Positions 41,826 through 56,000 of a DNA stretch of 64,000 nucleotides are shown in pieces. The stretch comes from Octopus vulgaris. Lineage: Eukaryota. A program made the position numbers and the translations under genes. The notes under the pieces are model-generated. The model had not been told where the DNA came from and made no database searches. It saw only the letters and a list, made by a program, of their open reading frames with translations. Location of the stretch: NCBI GenBank assembly GCA_951406725.2, contig OX597830.1:372001-436000 (forward strand), read 5' to 3'. Numbering within the stretch: position 1 is the stretch's first letter; every line of letters starts with the position of its first letter.

Positions 41826-44008
41826 CCTTTCTCTATCTAGTATCTGCCTCTCACGTCGAATCTAACGCTTTCCTCAATCAACCCTATTATACTCAATAAG
41901 GCAGTCTGGCATGCATACAATAAAGTAGGTCTCTCTAGGGAAGAAATTACTGTGGTACTGGCTGCTAGAAAATCATTCATCAAGTTCGATAAGAAGTTGT
42001 GGGCCCGGAAGGATACTCCCAATGCGTTCGATGTCCTAATGGGAAGTACAGATTCCGCTCAAATTGCTGATTTGGTCGGAATATATATACTTTATGATAT
42101 GGCCGACCAGTTCCCGGACATCTGTGGAGGTCTTTATCTCGATGATTGTCTGCTTTACCTCCAAAACATTTCAAATAAAAAAATACAGAAGGTTAAGAAT
42201 AGATTAGTTAGGTTTTTAGTAGAATGGGCTTTCACATCGTTTTTGACGATGAGTTAACTAAAGCTAACTTCTTACACATTACTCTCAATTTACAAAATAA
42301 CTCGTACTTCCCATACCATAAACCTTCCACAAATCTCAAATACATTAGCCCTTACAGTAATCACGCTAGGGCAATTACTAAGAATTTAGTTAAAAACATT
42401 TCACTTAGATTATCTAAATTATCCGCCAATGTTGACATTTTTAACGACAAGGCAGAATTCTATAACTCTGCCTTGGTTAAAGCTGGTTACAAAGAGAAAG
42501 TGACATACACTGATTCTGCTCAATCTAGTCCTTTATCTACTTTTCAAGGCAAAAAATCTAGTTGTAATAATAAGAGTGATTTTATTTCTAATATTGTAAA
42601 CACCGCAATACATAATATAAATCCTTTACGGAGGAAGGGAGGCAAACGTTATTTAAGCTCAAATTTTCACTCTAGAGATTTTTCATCTTCCTTTAAAGAC
42701 AATACCACTTATAATTTAAATGTTACTAGGAAAGATATCTGGTTTGTAATTCCGTTTGTTATTCCGTGAAGTGGTTGGTAAATACTTCCCAAAAAATTCT
42801 TGATATTATTCGATTATTAACTCTCATATAGTTACAGTCGCCTTCTCCAACAAAAAGCATCTTTCACAAATTATATCTTTTCACAATACCAATCTGCTAA
42901 ATAAAAGTTCATTTTCCGGGAGTTCCAACATTAATCTTGTTAATTCCAACCCCTCATATAACAACAACAACAACAACAGTCATCGTCGTCGTCATCATCA
43001 TCATCGCAATAAAAAACTTGGTTTGGGTCTCTGAGGACAGCACCAACAGAATTAAATTTATGTCTAATAATTCTAAGATCAAAAATTCTATATTAAATTT
43101 CTTACCGATGTCTACTTCTACATAGGCGCATCGTCTTCCCTGTTATCTAAGAGAATTTCCAATCATTACTCATCATTTAGGGATAGCAGAAAACGCCATA
43201 GCACAGGGCTAAGTAAATTGGTTTTGCATCTTAAAGACAATAATAAAGATTTTAAGTTAGATTGGTTCATCCTGTGCATATCTTTTCCTTACGATAAGGG
43301 CAAGGGATTTTGTAACATTTGCAACTCTGAACTCTTCTATATTCTCTTCTCTAAGAATCACCTTGTTAACACACTTATAGAGCGATCTTACAAATGTAAA
43401 CACTGGCAGAAACATACCTTTAGCTCATATAAGTGATTTCGCCAGTCTTTATAGTTTGAACATTTATTTTAACTTGCATTTTACTTCAATAGAGAAATCT
43501 ACTTCTAAGCCTTTGAACATTTTTTCAGTCAACGTATCCCTCTTTATTTGTTCTCTATTTATTATTTCTTTAACCCTTCTCTTCCTAGTATCTGCCTTTG
43601 ACGTCAAATCTACTAACGGTTTTTTATAATAGTTAATAACGTTCTGTTTATCATTTAGGCAGTCATCGGAATTGTGATAATGTCTTGTTGTTGAGAAGAA
43701 AGGCTCTCTTTCTTTCCTGATGAGAAGATTGCATTTTACACCGTTTGTTCCTTTGGAATTAAACCAATGTTGTCTTCGAAACATATGTCGAAAGTAAAAG
43801 AATTTTAATAACATCTTCGTTCAACTCCATTTATTTACTTATATATACATATATATATTTATTTACTTATACTGTACATTAACCCAGAGTTTCTACCTTT
43901 GAATAGGTCGTTTCATGCGTGTTACTTGCGTGAATTTTGCTACCCTGGTGAATGTTTATTGAATTTGCCATGTTAAGGGTAAACAAAGGATAATTCATTT
44001 ATCCATTT
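41826..44008 (+). mobile_element. 5'-truncated Naiad-type Penelope-like element (RT + GIY-YIG remnant + 3' UTR HHR)
   Basis: FDVLMGSTDSAQIADLVGIYIL, GLYLDDCL, NFLHITLNL, PYHKP, SNH, IWF, CNICNSELFYIL..N...E..YKCKH; frameshifted. Confidence 0.88.
43712..43794 (+). ncRNA. Canonical type I HHR in the Naiad 3' UTR
   Basis: CTTTC-CTGATGA-GAAGA...TCTTC-GAAA-CATATG-TC-GAAAG; GUC site. Confidence 0.9.
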
Positions 44009-44050
44009 ATACACACACACACACACACATATATATACATATATATATAT

Positions 44051-44323
44051 AGTTAATCCAAACAAGAAAACACAAAAAACACAACAACGCGAGGACGTGG
44101 AACAAATATAGTATTATTGGACATATGACCTCGTGTGTACCGTTGGCGATTTTTTCCTCTGTCTTCCCTTCTCTAGATCTTTCCTTCTCCTATGTTTCCG
44201 ACGAAGAGCTCCGCTCGAAACGTTAAACCCTCATTCTTCTCTTCCTTCCTGACCGTCCAATAATACTATATTTGTTCCACGTCCTCGCGTTGTTGTGTTT
44301 TCTCTTTCATGTTTGGATTAACT
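44051..44323 (+). mobile_element. Penelope pLTR fragment with about 71-bp inverted termini and HHR (44194-44228, U4C)
   Basis: 44051-44122 is the reverse complement (few mismatches) of about 44255-44323; core CCGACGA. Confidence 0.85.
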
Positions 44324-44363
44324 ATATATATATACATATATATCTACATATATATATATATAC

Positions 44364-44394
<31 letters not shown>

Positions 44395-44398
44395 CATG

Positions 44399-44514
<116 letters not shown>

Positions 44515-44520
44515 TGTATA

Positions 44521-44552
<32 letters not shown>

Positions 44553-44571
44553 CATACATATATATATACGT

Positions 44572-44604
<33 letters not shown>

Positions 44605-44632
44605 CATATATATATATATATATATACATATA

Positions 44633-44866
44633 GGCGCAGGAGTGGCTGTGTGGTAAGTAGCTTGCTAACCAACCACATGGTTCCGGGTTCAGTCCCACTG
44701 CGTGGTACCTTGGGCAAGTGTCTTCTGCTATAGCCTCGGGCCGATCAAAGCCTTGTGAGTGGATTTGGTAAACGGAAACTGAAAGAAGCCTGTCGTATAT
44801 ATTTATATATATATGTATGTGTGTTTGTTTGTGTGTCTGTGTTTGTCCCCCTAGCATTGCTTCACA
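44633..44866 (+). mobile_element. CORE-type tRNA-derived SINE
   Basis: GGCGCAGGAGTGGCTGTGTGGTAAG..GGGTTCAGTCCC..ACCTTGGGCAAGTGTC. Confidence 0.85.
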
Positions 44867-44867
44867 A

Positions 44868-45119
44868 CCTGCATAACTTGTGATCGTGGCTCTCTGCGTG
44901 GCTGAGGGCATGTCTGAGAGGGCCATTATGAACAGTAGTGGTCCCAAAACAGTGCCCTGCGGAACACCGCTCAATATTTGGGCAGCTGCATCGAACTCTC
45001 TCATGCACCAAATGGCAGTTGCTAAAAAGCATTCGTGAAGTAAAACCATGTAGCAACACCAAATGGCGGTGCCCCAGCATGGCCACAGCTCATGAGCTGA
45101 AACTAGAATCAATCAATCA
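44868..45119. mobile_element. 5'-inverted short copy of the 6.3-10 kb LINE family
   Basis: 44868-44979 is a minus-strand RT piece ([13 protein letters not shown]); 44980-45119 is the plus-strand 3' end with an (ATCA)n tail. Confidence 0.9.
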
Positions 45120-45128
45120 TATATATAC

Positions 45129-45190
<62 letters not shown>

Positions 45191-45195
<5 letters not shown>

Positions 45196-45336
45196 GAAAT
45201 GAAGAAAATGCTGACAAATAATTGAAGTAATTTAAGTAATTTAATTAGGTGAAAGTTCTTTTTACCGGTTGCGCATTTGTTATGCTTATCAAAATATAAA
45301 AGAGAGATTAGAGTTCCTTTCTTATAGAATTTTTCT
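45191..45336 (-). mobile_element. Single diverged copy of the 20.1-kb palindrome arm
   Basis: Shares GGAAATGAAGAAAATGCTGACAAA and GGTGAAAGTTCTTTTTACCGGTTGCGCATTTGTTATGCTTATCAAAA. Confidence 0.9.
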
Positions 45337-45375
<39 letters not shown>

Positions 45376-45444
45376 CATACATATAAATATACAGACATAT
45401 ATATATATACATATAAATATACATACATATATCTATATACATCC

Positions 45445-45511
<67 letters not shown>

Positions 45512-46304
45512 GTTCAGAGATGTGATCCAGATATTCTCAGTATAGAAGATACTTACTTGTGGTTGAATGATTTAAACTTAGACTCCGATGTCTTTGCCGG
45601 GGGATCAGTTGCAATGACTATAAGAGGGATCAAGTTGAGCAGAAATGGAGGTAATTATGCGAATAAACAAATTAGATATGGCAAATATAACACTTTTGGC
45701 TACGAGATACAAAATATGTATATATGTATATATGCAAGACGAGAGAAAGCCAAAAATGTAAGACTTTCAGACGATGAACATTTAAGAATAAATATATGCA
45801 TATTTATATCAATAGGTTCAACTTAGAGTGCAAACAGCAGAAGTTATTAAATGGGAGGAAGAAAAGTGTTATAAGTTCAACAGTTGTTTCTGGGGGTTTG
45901 GAGATCCAACATAATTTTGCTAGATGCAGTTTGTCACAATATGCGGTCGTCTTCAAATACGCCAGCTGAGTTCAATTCGTCTAAGTCGAAAGACGCCTGT
46001 TGTTATGTCTTGTTATTATTAGTATTGTTTTTTGTATTTATACTCGTATTATCTTTTTTGTATTTATATTCGTGTAACATCGTCCGTTTTTCTGTCCTTG
46101 TTTCGTATACATTCGATCCTTTTTCCAAGAAATTTAATGCTCATAGCTTAGTTTTTCCTTGGGTCTGGCCAGACCGGAAATTAATCAGCCGAAATTGCGA
46201 GGATGATCCGGTTCTTGACTGAAAATTAGAGGCTTCGAATAACCCATCCATGTTTTTTGTGTCGTCTATTTGAATGTTTTCGTTCTTGTCCCATTTTGTA
46301 TTTT

Positions 46305-46361
<57 letters not shown>

Positions 46362-47243
46362 CCAAAGAGATAAATGGATAGCTGTCTGATATATACGACA
46401 TGCTTTTTCTACACAGTTACGATTAAACCAGTATGGACGAATTAAACCAGTGTGTAGAATTATTTTAGAATCCATAAAGGTTTGTCGTGGAGTGAATGCA
46501 GTGGACTGGATGTAAAGGGAAGAGAGATAATGGTTCAGTGCAGGTCCACTGCTTCCGGTCAAGCTGCACTTCAACCTCCCGTTCCTCAACCTTCTGAGAA
46601 AGGACCCCAATCGCGGCAATCTTTAGAAATCCATCTCATATTTTAAATCATCTAACCCCTCAGCCAATTATATTGTTTATTGGTTTCTCAAGGTCACATG
46701 GGCTGCATACTGAGGTATGAACATTGAACAAACACATTACAAAGAACGAGCAGAGATGTAAAGAATTGCAAGCTATTCTGGTTTTTGTTCTGTAGCTCCA
46801 GGTCAATCCTGGTTGAAGAAATCCATGATCAAAGCCAATTAATACAAAGAGAATTCGAAATTGAATTTATTAATTATGCTGTATAATGAACTTCCACCAT
46901 TATCATTGTACTATATTTATTTGGTAAATAAACCCAATGACCTCACAATATCTGGTTATTTCTACATTATCTTTATTCTTCATCTTTAGACGCATTCACT
47001 AAAATTGGTTTCAACTTTTTAACTATGATATAAAGTGAAACCGCTGAAAGCAATTTGAAGCAATTTGTTATAAATGCCCTGTGCTGATTTACTGCAGGAT
47101 ATGAACTCTACACACTTACAATTGCATTTTCTTGTTGTATCTACCTTTGAAGAGTTCACGCGTGCAGCGATTTTAATGTTACCTCAGATACAGTATTTAT
47201 AAAGCGATTCTACGTCGACTGGGGTTTGAAACAACGCCACAAT

Positions 47244-47482
47244 CTCAATTTGTTTGTTCTTAGTTCTCCCTAACGCCTGTGGTTGTAGGCAATGAGAAAG
47301 TTACGAGTTATTGTCGTGAACTCTGAAGTAACTCAGCAAGTTCTGTTGTAAAAACATGTTTAGGTACAGTTTCAATATTACGCTTATCTCTCCTGAATTT
47401 AAGAGGCGATTTAGATAATATCTTCTAACTCTCTTTCAGAGTAAAACAGAATAATATCTTCAAATTATTAATATAGAATAAG
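47244..47482 (+). repeat. 239-bp dispersed direct repeat, copy 1
   Basis: Identical by eye to 51268-51506. Confidence 0.9.
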
Positions 47483-48461
47483 ATTAGTCAAGTGGGAGCA
47501 CGACAGAGGAATCGTAAACTAATATAGCATCTAAGATGTTTGAGGCGTCTGGCATGTTGATTTGTGTCTCTCGGTATTAGTTCCAAGATACCCTGATAAG
47601 ACGCATTCCATTCTGGTATATGTAGAATCTTGATAAAGATAACCTACATGCAATCTACATTCGCTGATGACGTTAAATTGGTAAAAACCATTGTATCACA
47701 CGGCTAACACCACCAACAAAATAAGTCATCGTTTTGAGAAATGAAACATCTTTAAAGAAGAATAAATAATTTTTGTAAATAAAGATGAGACAATAATGAT
47801 AAAAGCTAAAAATAGTGAAAATAATTGCAGTTCTATATAGATGTTTTATGCCGCCGTCGATTTCGCTGAAAAGGAAGAAATAAGATGCTGTCTCGGTTTT
47901 CCTAACAACTCTGCTAGCGAGAAAAACAGGGATAAAACAAAATTAGCAGAGAAATAATAAAGAGTAAAAAAGAGAAAATTGGGAGAGCTTTAATGATTTC
48001 ATGGAAATGTAGAGAGAGATGTGGTATGAAGCGGCTATCGTGTGTTAAACAGTTTTAGAAGAGTTTTGTGGCTGACTGCCAACTCTAAATGACAGAGATA
48101 TGAGTTCAATCCAAAGGCTGCAGATTTATATGTAGTTGAGAAGCCATGTAAAAATATTTCAATATTATTTAGAAATACATGGCAAATAATACATATGTGA
48201 TCAGACACACAGATATACATACATATAGGATGTGTGTGTGTGTATGTACCTATGTACACAAACATATATGTACGGATATTTAAATAGATGAATATGTAAA
48301 TATATATGAATGTGTGTGTGTATGTTGTGCGCGTAAATATATAAGGAGGGTGACTACATGATACACACACATACAGATTAATATGTAACGACTAACGTCA
48401 GTCTCCAGGCGTGTTCACAGACACAAGCACACGCGCGAGCATGTGTGCGTCTATCCATATT

Positions 48462-48564
<103 letters not shown>

Positions 48565-49027
48565 GTATGTATATACTGGCCGAAAACTTACAGCCGTTAA
48601 CATTCTGTTCCCTCAAGCGTCAAACTAATGTCATTGATTATGAACAAATGTCGCCTCTTTTTTCGTTTTGCTTTTGGTAATTTGATTTTTGTTCTTCGTA
48701 ATACATTACACGTATATATATATATATATATATATATATGACAACAGAAGTTATGTGTGTGTGTGTGTGCCCTCATGTGCGCAGTGATTCCCGTGTACAT
48801 CAATATTTAAATTGGAATTCTCTTGTTATCAAGATGCTGTAAACTTCGAATAACCACCAAAGGGTATCTTCTAGAAAATCAATAGAACTTTGATAAAAGA
48901 GCCAACAGATTTTGAAAATATCCGACGAGAATTTTAGAAACTCAGAAAGGAACACTCATCAGAAGTTTCATTTCTTCTACTAGAAATAAAATAGCTATTC
49001 AACGAATCTGGTGACAATATCGCGCCG

Positions 49028-49084
<57 letters not shown>

Positions 49085-50399
49085 GCGGCTTTGTTGCAGA
49101 TGAACAGATCTGATAGAGCTAACATTTGTTAGTTACGAATCCGGTGAACGTTTTGTGATGTTGAATTCCTTTTCCGAATTAGAGCTACTAAAATCTAAAT
49201 GAACCAAAGTCAGAATTAGAATAACAGCGATAGTGCTTGATGGTTTTTTTTTTCCCACAATAGATATGACAGTACATATTAATTAACAAGTTCAAGTGAA
49301 TGTATGTCTTTGCCATTCGATAGAATAATTCCCCCATAAATAATTGCAGGATTGTTAATCTGGCGATTATTTCGTTAATTTTCTGAACTGTTTCTAAATT
49401 TTCTTCGTCGATTTCACTTCGAAAAGATATATTTACCCCAGAAGAAGTTTACAACAGCTAATAATTCAACTCTGAACCTTCCGTTTTGATTGTTCAAGAA
49501 AGACATTCCCTATAAATCATGTTTTAAGGAATGCCTTCTGAAGTTATTCAAAGATATTCTTCACTTCATGCTCATATTACACTCACCTAGATATTCCCGA
49601 TTTAATGTTTTCTGAAAACAAGCATTTATAAGTGGGAATGGAGAGACAACAATGTGTATATTCACCTAGTTTGTGGGGTAAATATAAAATTATAGAACAG
49701 AACCATGAAACGAATAGGATTTCACTCAGTTACTGAAAGATTTTAAGTAGATTATTGTCATTAATAGTTTTAGTTAAAACACCAACCCCCAAGAAATACT
49801 TTGTAGGCGTTACTGAATTTCCCACTGAATATTTGACTATTGCTGTTGTTATTGTATTGATGGTGTTATTGCTACTGTTGTTGTCGTTTATATGAGTAAG
49901 AATACCCATGATGAAAGGTGTCCATTCCAGGCGTAAACTCATTCAAAGCATCTAGCACTCTATTATGGAATGTATTCTTCTTTTCTTTTTAAAGATAGAA
50001 CACAAGAGAGAACGATACACCGTTGCTGCAAATCCTCCACCAACACCAAAGCCTATACACCATCGCCACCAAGTCTCGCCACTTCACTAATACACCGAAA
50101 CTGAATTATGGTATTATTTCTAGCATGTCAAGCAACCACATATAAGCTCTTTTATTGACTGATGCAAACGATTATTTAGTATGGCATTCTGTTCTGAAAG
50201 ATGAAACTGAATTCTAATCGCTTATTGTTCTAGGCCTGATTACAAATACATAATTATCTCTGGAAAGAATACACATAAATCAACGGCATCGATCTTTTAA
50301 ATCCACGCTTCCAGAACTAAAATCAAATATGTTCTGAAGATCACATGGATCATTCTAACCAGTTTGTATGAAAACAATAACAACGATGAAAATGAAAGG

Positions 50400-50760
50400 A
50401 AAATGGTAATCGCATGTATATTATTCATTAGAAGACGTTTTGGCCATTATTAACAACTTAGCTTCTTACAGAGGTGAAATGACGAATGACAAAGCCTGGT
50501 TTGAATTCAATCAAGAATGGTGCCTACCGCTTTGCATTAGAAACCACTATCACACAGAATTTATTCATATGCTGCTGGAATTCAAAGTGGTCTATTGAAT
50601 GATGGATTATCACACCAACGTTTCGCATTAATAAAGATTCTCTAGAATATTTATTATCATGATATGATAATAAAATAATAGATATGAATGTATCATAAAA
50701 GATGTTCCTGGTCAAGTTGAAACCTTCTGGGTTATGTTAGTTGGTCGAGAAATTCTATAT
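50400..50760 (-). pseudogene. Decayed piggyBac-like transposase fragment
   Basis: MTRNIF...LSYHDN resembles MSRNRF...LHF.DN. Confidence 0.35.
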
Positions 50761-51267
50761 TGTTACAAATGTGTTGTGATGTTGGATAAGAATCTTACCA
50801 ATGAAAGCTTCGTCTATCTACGTGTAAATAGGTGCCCTACCCTCGTAATTCTCACTTCCGTGTAGTTCGCATATACAATTTAACGAGTGTACATATCATC
50901 TATATTCCGACTTCTAGGACTGCATATTCTTCTAAAAATCTATGAAGATCAATTAGAGATTTGACTGCTATTTCTAGCAATGGTAGCCACAACAAAAGAT
51001 CTTTACAGGTATATTTAGTGACGTAGTTGTGCTGCTGTGTCAGGTGAGTTCATTCATCTGTCTACATCTACCAGTGAAGACGAATATGCCTTTCTTTCTC
51101 TAGGTCATTTAAGCGAAATTTGAGAGACATATTTTGACTGCTGTTTCTATCAGTTCAAGCGACGCTATATCCCCTTACATATTAGCTCCTCACGTTAAGA
51201 TAATTAGTTAGTCCCCAAAACGAGCTGGTGAGGAATATTTGATGCAGTACCAGGGAAAGCTGACAAC

Positions 51268-51506
51268 CTCAATTTGTTTGTTCTTAGTTCTCCCTAACGC
51301 CTGTGGTTGTAGGCAATGAGAAAGTTACGAGTTATTGTCGTGAACTCTGAAGTAACTCAGCAAGTTCTGTTGTAAAAACATGTTTAGGTACAGTTTCAAT
51401 ATTACGCTTATCTCTCCTGAATTTAAGAGGCGATTTAGATAATATCTTCTAACTCTCTTTCAGAGTAAAACAGAATAATATCTTCAAATTATTAATATAG
51501 AATAAG
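51268..51506 (+). repeat. 239-bp dispersed direct repeat, copy 2
   Basis: Identical by eye to 47244-47482. Confidence 0.9.
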
Positions 51507-51666
51507 CATTTGCTCAGATTTCATTGTCAAACTGAAACAGTATTTGAAGTCACCCGATGTACTGTCCGATGTTATCAAATAACATGTCTTATTTTTATAT
51601 GATACAGTTGATGCAGAGGATACTGTAGTCGTCTGTCCTTAGAAAAACGGGACAACCTTCACTTTC

Positions 51667-51847
51667 ATCGTTGGTTTTTTTTCCAATCGAATTTGGTTTG
51701 GTGATAATCAACATCACCACAACCACGTTAATAAATCAATAAAGCACCCATTAACTATCGTTGGTTTTTTTCCAATCGAATTTGGTTTGGTGATAATCAA
51801 CATCACCACAACCACGTTAATAAATCAATAAAGCACCCATTAACTAT
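51667..51847. repeat. About 90-bp tandem duplication
   Basis: ATCGTTGGTTTTTTTCCAATCGAA...CACCCATTAACTAT occurs twice. Confidence 0.9.
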
Positions 51848-53007
51848 TCGTTAAAAGTTAACTTTTTTAAGTGTAAATATATAATATAAACTGGACATGG
51901 GCGATCGTTGTATTCTTTCTTGTCTTGAGGTTCACAGCCAAACGGCTGGGTGGATTCGCATGAAAAATGGCACACATGTGGAAACAGGTGCATAGATTGG
52001 AATGCAGTTTCTATTTTTTTTTCTAACCCCCATACTTACTGAGAAAATTGATTAAGACTTTTTGTAATGGAATTTCCCTCTTTCGTCTGCCATTAAAACA
52101 ACCAGTTGCTCAGAAGCTATTTTCTGACGGGGTTGGGTCAGGACATTTTCATACAGCTGGAGGCTCCAATCGAAATAGGGGATCCGAAATGATAAGATTG
52201 ACAAACGCTGTTATAGATTATACCTAACAGAAAACGATCACAGCCACATCATCCAAACAGACCGGGTGAAACCGGGCTTAGCTGCTAGTGAAATATAAAA
52301 TACTGACATGGTCACGAAAGCTTTCAATTGCATCGAAATAACATGTACCATGATAAGATCGAGATTCGAGCCAGACTCTTCTGTATATCTCGAAAGAAAA
52401 GAAACGAAATCTAGTTTAAGCAATTGACACAGAGAAACTTGGATGGTGAAGAACTTTCTCCATAATAAACAAATTTTCGTTGACCATAACTATAATTTAC
52501 TGTTTAATACAAGAAATGTAAAAGGCCAGTTTATGTTGCATGACGAATGAAGGAAACGTAATAAATGTCTCGGAATTCAAAAGTAACTGTAAAATCTTAA
52601 CTGCTGCCCTCGTAATGGCGAATAGAGAACAACAAATTGTATTGTTTGACGTATTTCTACAGAAAGTAAGCGACAGTAAATACGAAACTAATTCGGATTT
52701 ACAGGACGAGAAAAAAATTTTAAAAAGAGTTTCAGAGTCGTCGTCCAGAATACATTATTTACTTGAAATATGTCAGATGAAGACAACGAAACCAGTTTTG
52801 TTATGAGAGAAAAGAGAAAACGTATAGGGGAAAGAAATATGTCGGTAGCGAGGCAGAGAAATACAGGTTTTTGACAGAAAATTATTGTCTCGGCACTAAA
52901 ATATAGATTTATTCTCAAAGTGCTGACACTAAACTATTTTAACATGGTAAGTTTATATGCGAACAACTGGGAGATTGTAAGTTTGCAATTCTACACAATA
53001 CAGACAG

Positions 53008-53067
<60 letters not shown>

Positions 53068-56000
53068 GTACAGTCTTTGGTTCAGTTAAGTTATATGTAG
53101 GCGAAATGGGTCTCCGTCAGTTTCGACAATTTTTTCAAAAGTCAGATTTTAGATCAGCTAAAGCATCGGCTCATACAAGTGTACAAGTGGCTGAATATCT
53201 CACAGACCCTTGTACTCCATGCATAATCCCACGTCAAACTAAGGGAGATTCAATGTTTAGCACCTCTAAATCATCTTATGAGTTTTGAAACAATTCACTC
53301 GACCTAATATCATCCAAATGGTTTGAATGATGTGAGACTATGATCGGCAAAATACACTTTTACCGATCTGCCAACAAATGAGATTGAAACCATTGCCTCG
53401 CGATTGCTTAAAGATTCTGATTTTTCAGCCATACTCCACCGGTACACACAAGCATCACACATACACACCAAAATATCATCACGTTTTAGCAGGAAAACGG
53501 CAGTACCCAAAGTTCACTTTCACCATCATTGTGTGTGTGGGGGTGACAGAGATTCGATGCATCCATCAATCAAATCATGAATGATATTACCAGTGTAATA
53601 TATTCATTAAAGCTGCAAAAAGTATACTTAATCCTTTCTCGTCATTAAAATTTCGACTACAAAATCTCATTTTCAATTTTCTCCTTTCGATTTATTTATT
53701 TCTTTTTACATTTTGGCCGGAAACGGACGAATGTTGAAACTACAAAACTGTAAAATAAACTTTTGAAATTGTGAAAGTGCGTTATATTTTCTGCTTTAGA
53801 ATGTCTTCTACTTATGTAATCATATATAAACATTCTTACAATTTAGTAGAAACATATACACACATGCACCTCTCCCCCCATACACATTTATTAAGAGACA
53901 GAGTTTATTAGACCAAGTTTTTGTTGCGTTTCGAATAGATTAAAATGCAAACCATGCAATGGGTTAGACTTGCTAACGTCTTCACTATTAAGCGAGTCAG
54001 ATTGGCCAATTTAGTTAGTCATACTATAAACGGTTTTAAATTAATTTACTCCCCGGTTGCAGGAAATGGATGGCCGCTTAATGTTGCGATTGTATTAAAC
54101 ATGGGAAATACTCTCCTAGGTTTAGCAATTTGGTCAAGATTTTCCACTGATATTTCTGTTTGGTTTTCTTGTTTTTGTTTTTGTTTTCCAGTTAACCTCG
54201 GTGTATTTTCGCAATGAAAGTATATGTTGTTTAGGAAAAGCCCATTTCGTGTGAACCTTATCTTTCAGTTCAGTTCATGATAAAGTGATTTTTGTAGCTT
54301 CTGCTGTGAATTTATTTTATGTTTGCAGTGTTCTTGTTAGGAAAATTAGTCAGTTGTGTTCTCGTTTGGATATGCTATAAATATCATTAATATAAAGTTG
54401 GTTTGAGATATTTACAAATATATTCTGTGCTGAGAGCGAATGTCCACACTGTTATACTGTATTGAATAAGATTCCCCACGTCAAATTGGAGTCGACTAGA
54501 TGAAGATATTGTATAACCGAGAGCATGAATCTGTGAGTTGTGCCTTGAGAATCGGCGGAGTAAATCACTACCTTAATATTGGTAGACCAGAGTTTAATCG
54601 ACATTAGTCAAGGACAACGATAACGAGGGCTGCAGCAACAATAAGACCGTTATTATTGTTTAACCTTAAGCGAATCCTGACTGAGCAAACATGATCAAAG
54701 ACATTGCAGCCGTGAACATCTATTATATGGGAAGATAGGACTATATTGTCTCATATGTATGGTTTGGGGTGATATGACTACTATTTCTGTCAATTTGAAC
54801 CTCCAGGTCGATGTCTCTGATTTGTGTTAAACCTTTATTTTAAATTTATATCAGCTAATATAATTTATAAAAAAAATCAAATTCACTCGTCCGCAATAAA
54901 ATGAAAAGACTTTACAAAATCTGGTATATTAGTAATGATGTAATATATTTTTTATGGTATTTGGTTGGCCAATATTTTTAAGAAGAAACTTGGGAATTTG
55001 CCACTGTCATTCTACTGGACAAAAAAAAAGACATTTCATTGAGATAAACCATTGTGGAGGAAATACAGATAATAAACTCTATATTTGGCTTCTGGTCAAT
55101 ACAATTCGGAATTTATGTCGAGTCTATTGAGGTGTGATGATGCTAGAAAACAGTAAACAGGTACGAGATATCAGTGGCTCTGTTGGTCTTGTGAGAAGTT
55201 TGGTCCTGTAAAGAAAGAATCAAGCAAAACATTGGCAGACTTCACGAACTTCCTACCTCCTGCAGTTCTGAGGTTTTCATCATTCACAGAATGGATAATT
55301 CAGAAACAAAATTATTGTTGATTAGTCGTTAATTAAACCCTGACTGAAAATGTTCCATTCGTGGCCATCTCGTCGTATTGTCCAATGTATCTTTATTTAA
55401 GGCAGAAGATTGTGCTTTGGGAAAAATTTGAGTCTTATTTTGTGGCTTGGTCAAAAGAAGAAGCACAATGTCCATATTTTCAGAGCCTCTGTAAAAAGTG
55501 GGACAAATGAGAAGGTTTTTCCCCAAGCCGGAGTTCTTTTCAGAATCCTTGGAACCGATAAGACCTTGTTAAAGACAATATGTATTACGATGTATTAAAG
55601 ATATAACGTGACCATCACTCCTGACCCTCTTATCTCTTATTAAACTAAGAAGAAACGATATAAATACTGGTTTCAATATTACACGTCATTGTTTTACATT
55701 GAATAATATCCTTGAATAATTATCATTAAGAAAGAATATAATTGAAAATAACTCTTAAAGAAATTAAGAGTTAAGATGTCGAGGCATCAGCGAATAAACA
55801 ATTTTAACATCTACGGGTTATTTATTTTAAGGCCCTATAATATGATATTCTTTTATCTGTTGCAGGTTCAATGTCCATTTATGACAAATGTCTCGTTGAC
55901 ATCAAAGATGTTAATTTATTTTTATATCGGCACTCATTGCATGAAAATCGGTTTGAAGTAGCGATAGAAGAATATAAACGGCACTTTGAGCAGAAGTTCG

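Noticed and set aside
42760-42785. In-frame TGA in the Naiad ORF as selenocysteine
   Set aside because: Followed closely by TAA and frameshifts; not at a conserved Cys.
45515-46305. TA-flanked segment resembling another Penelope terminus
   Set aside because: Could not assemble a convincing HHR or ORF by eye.
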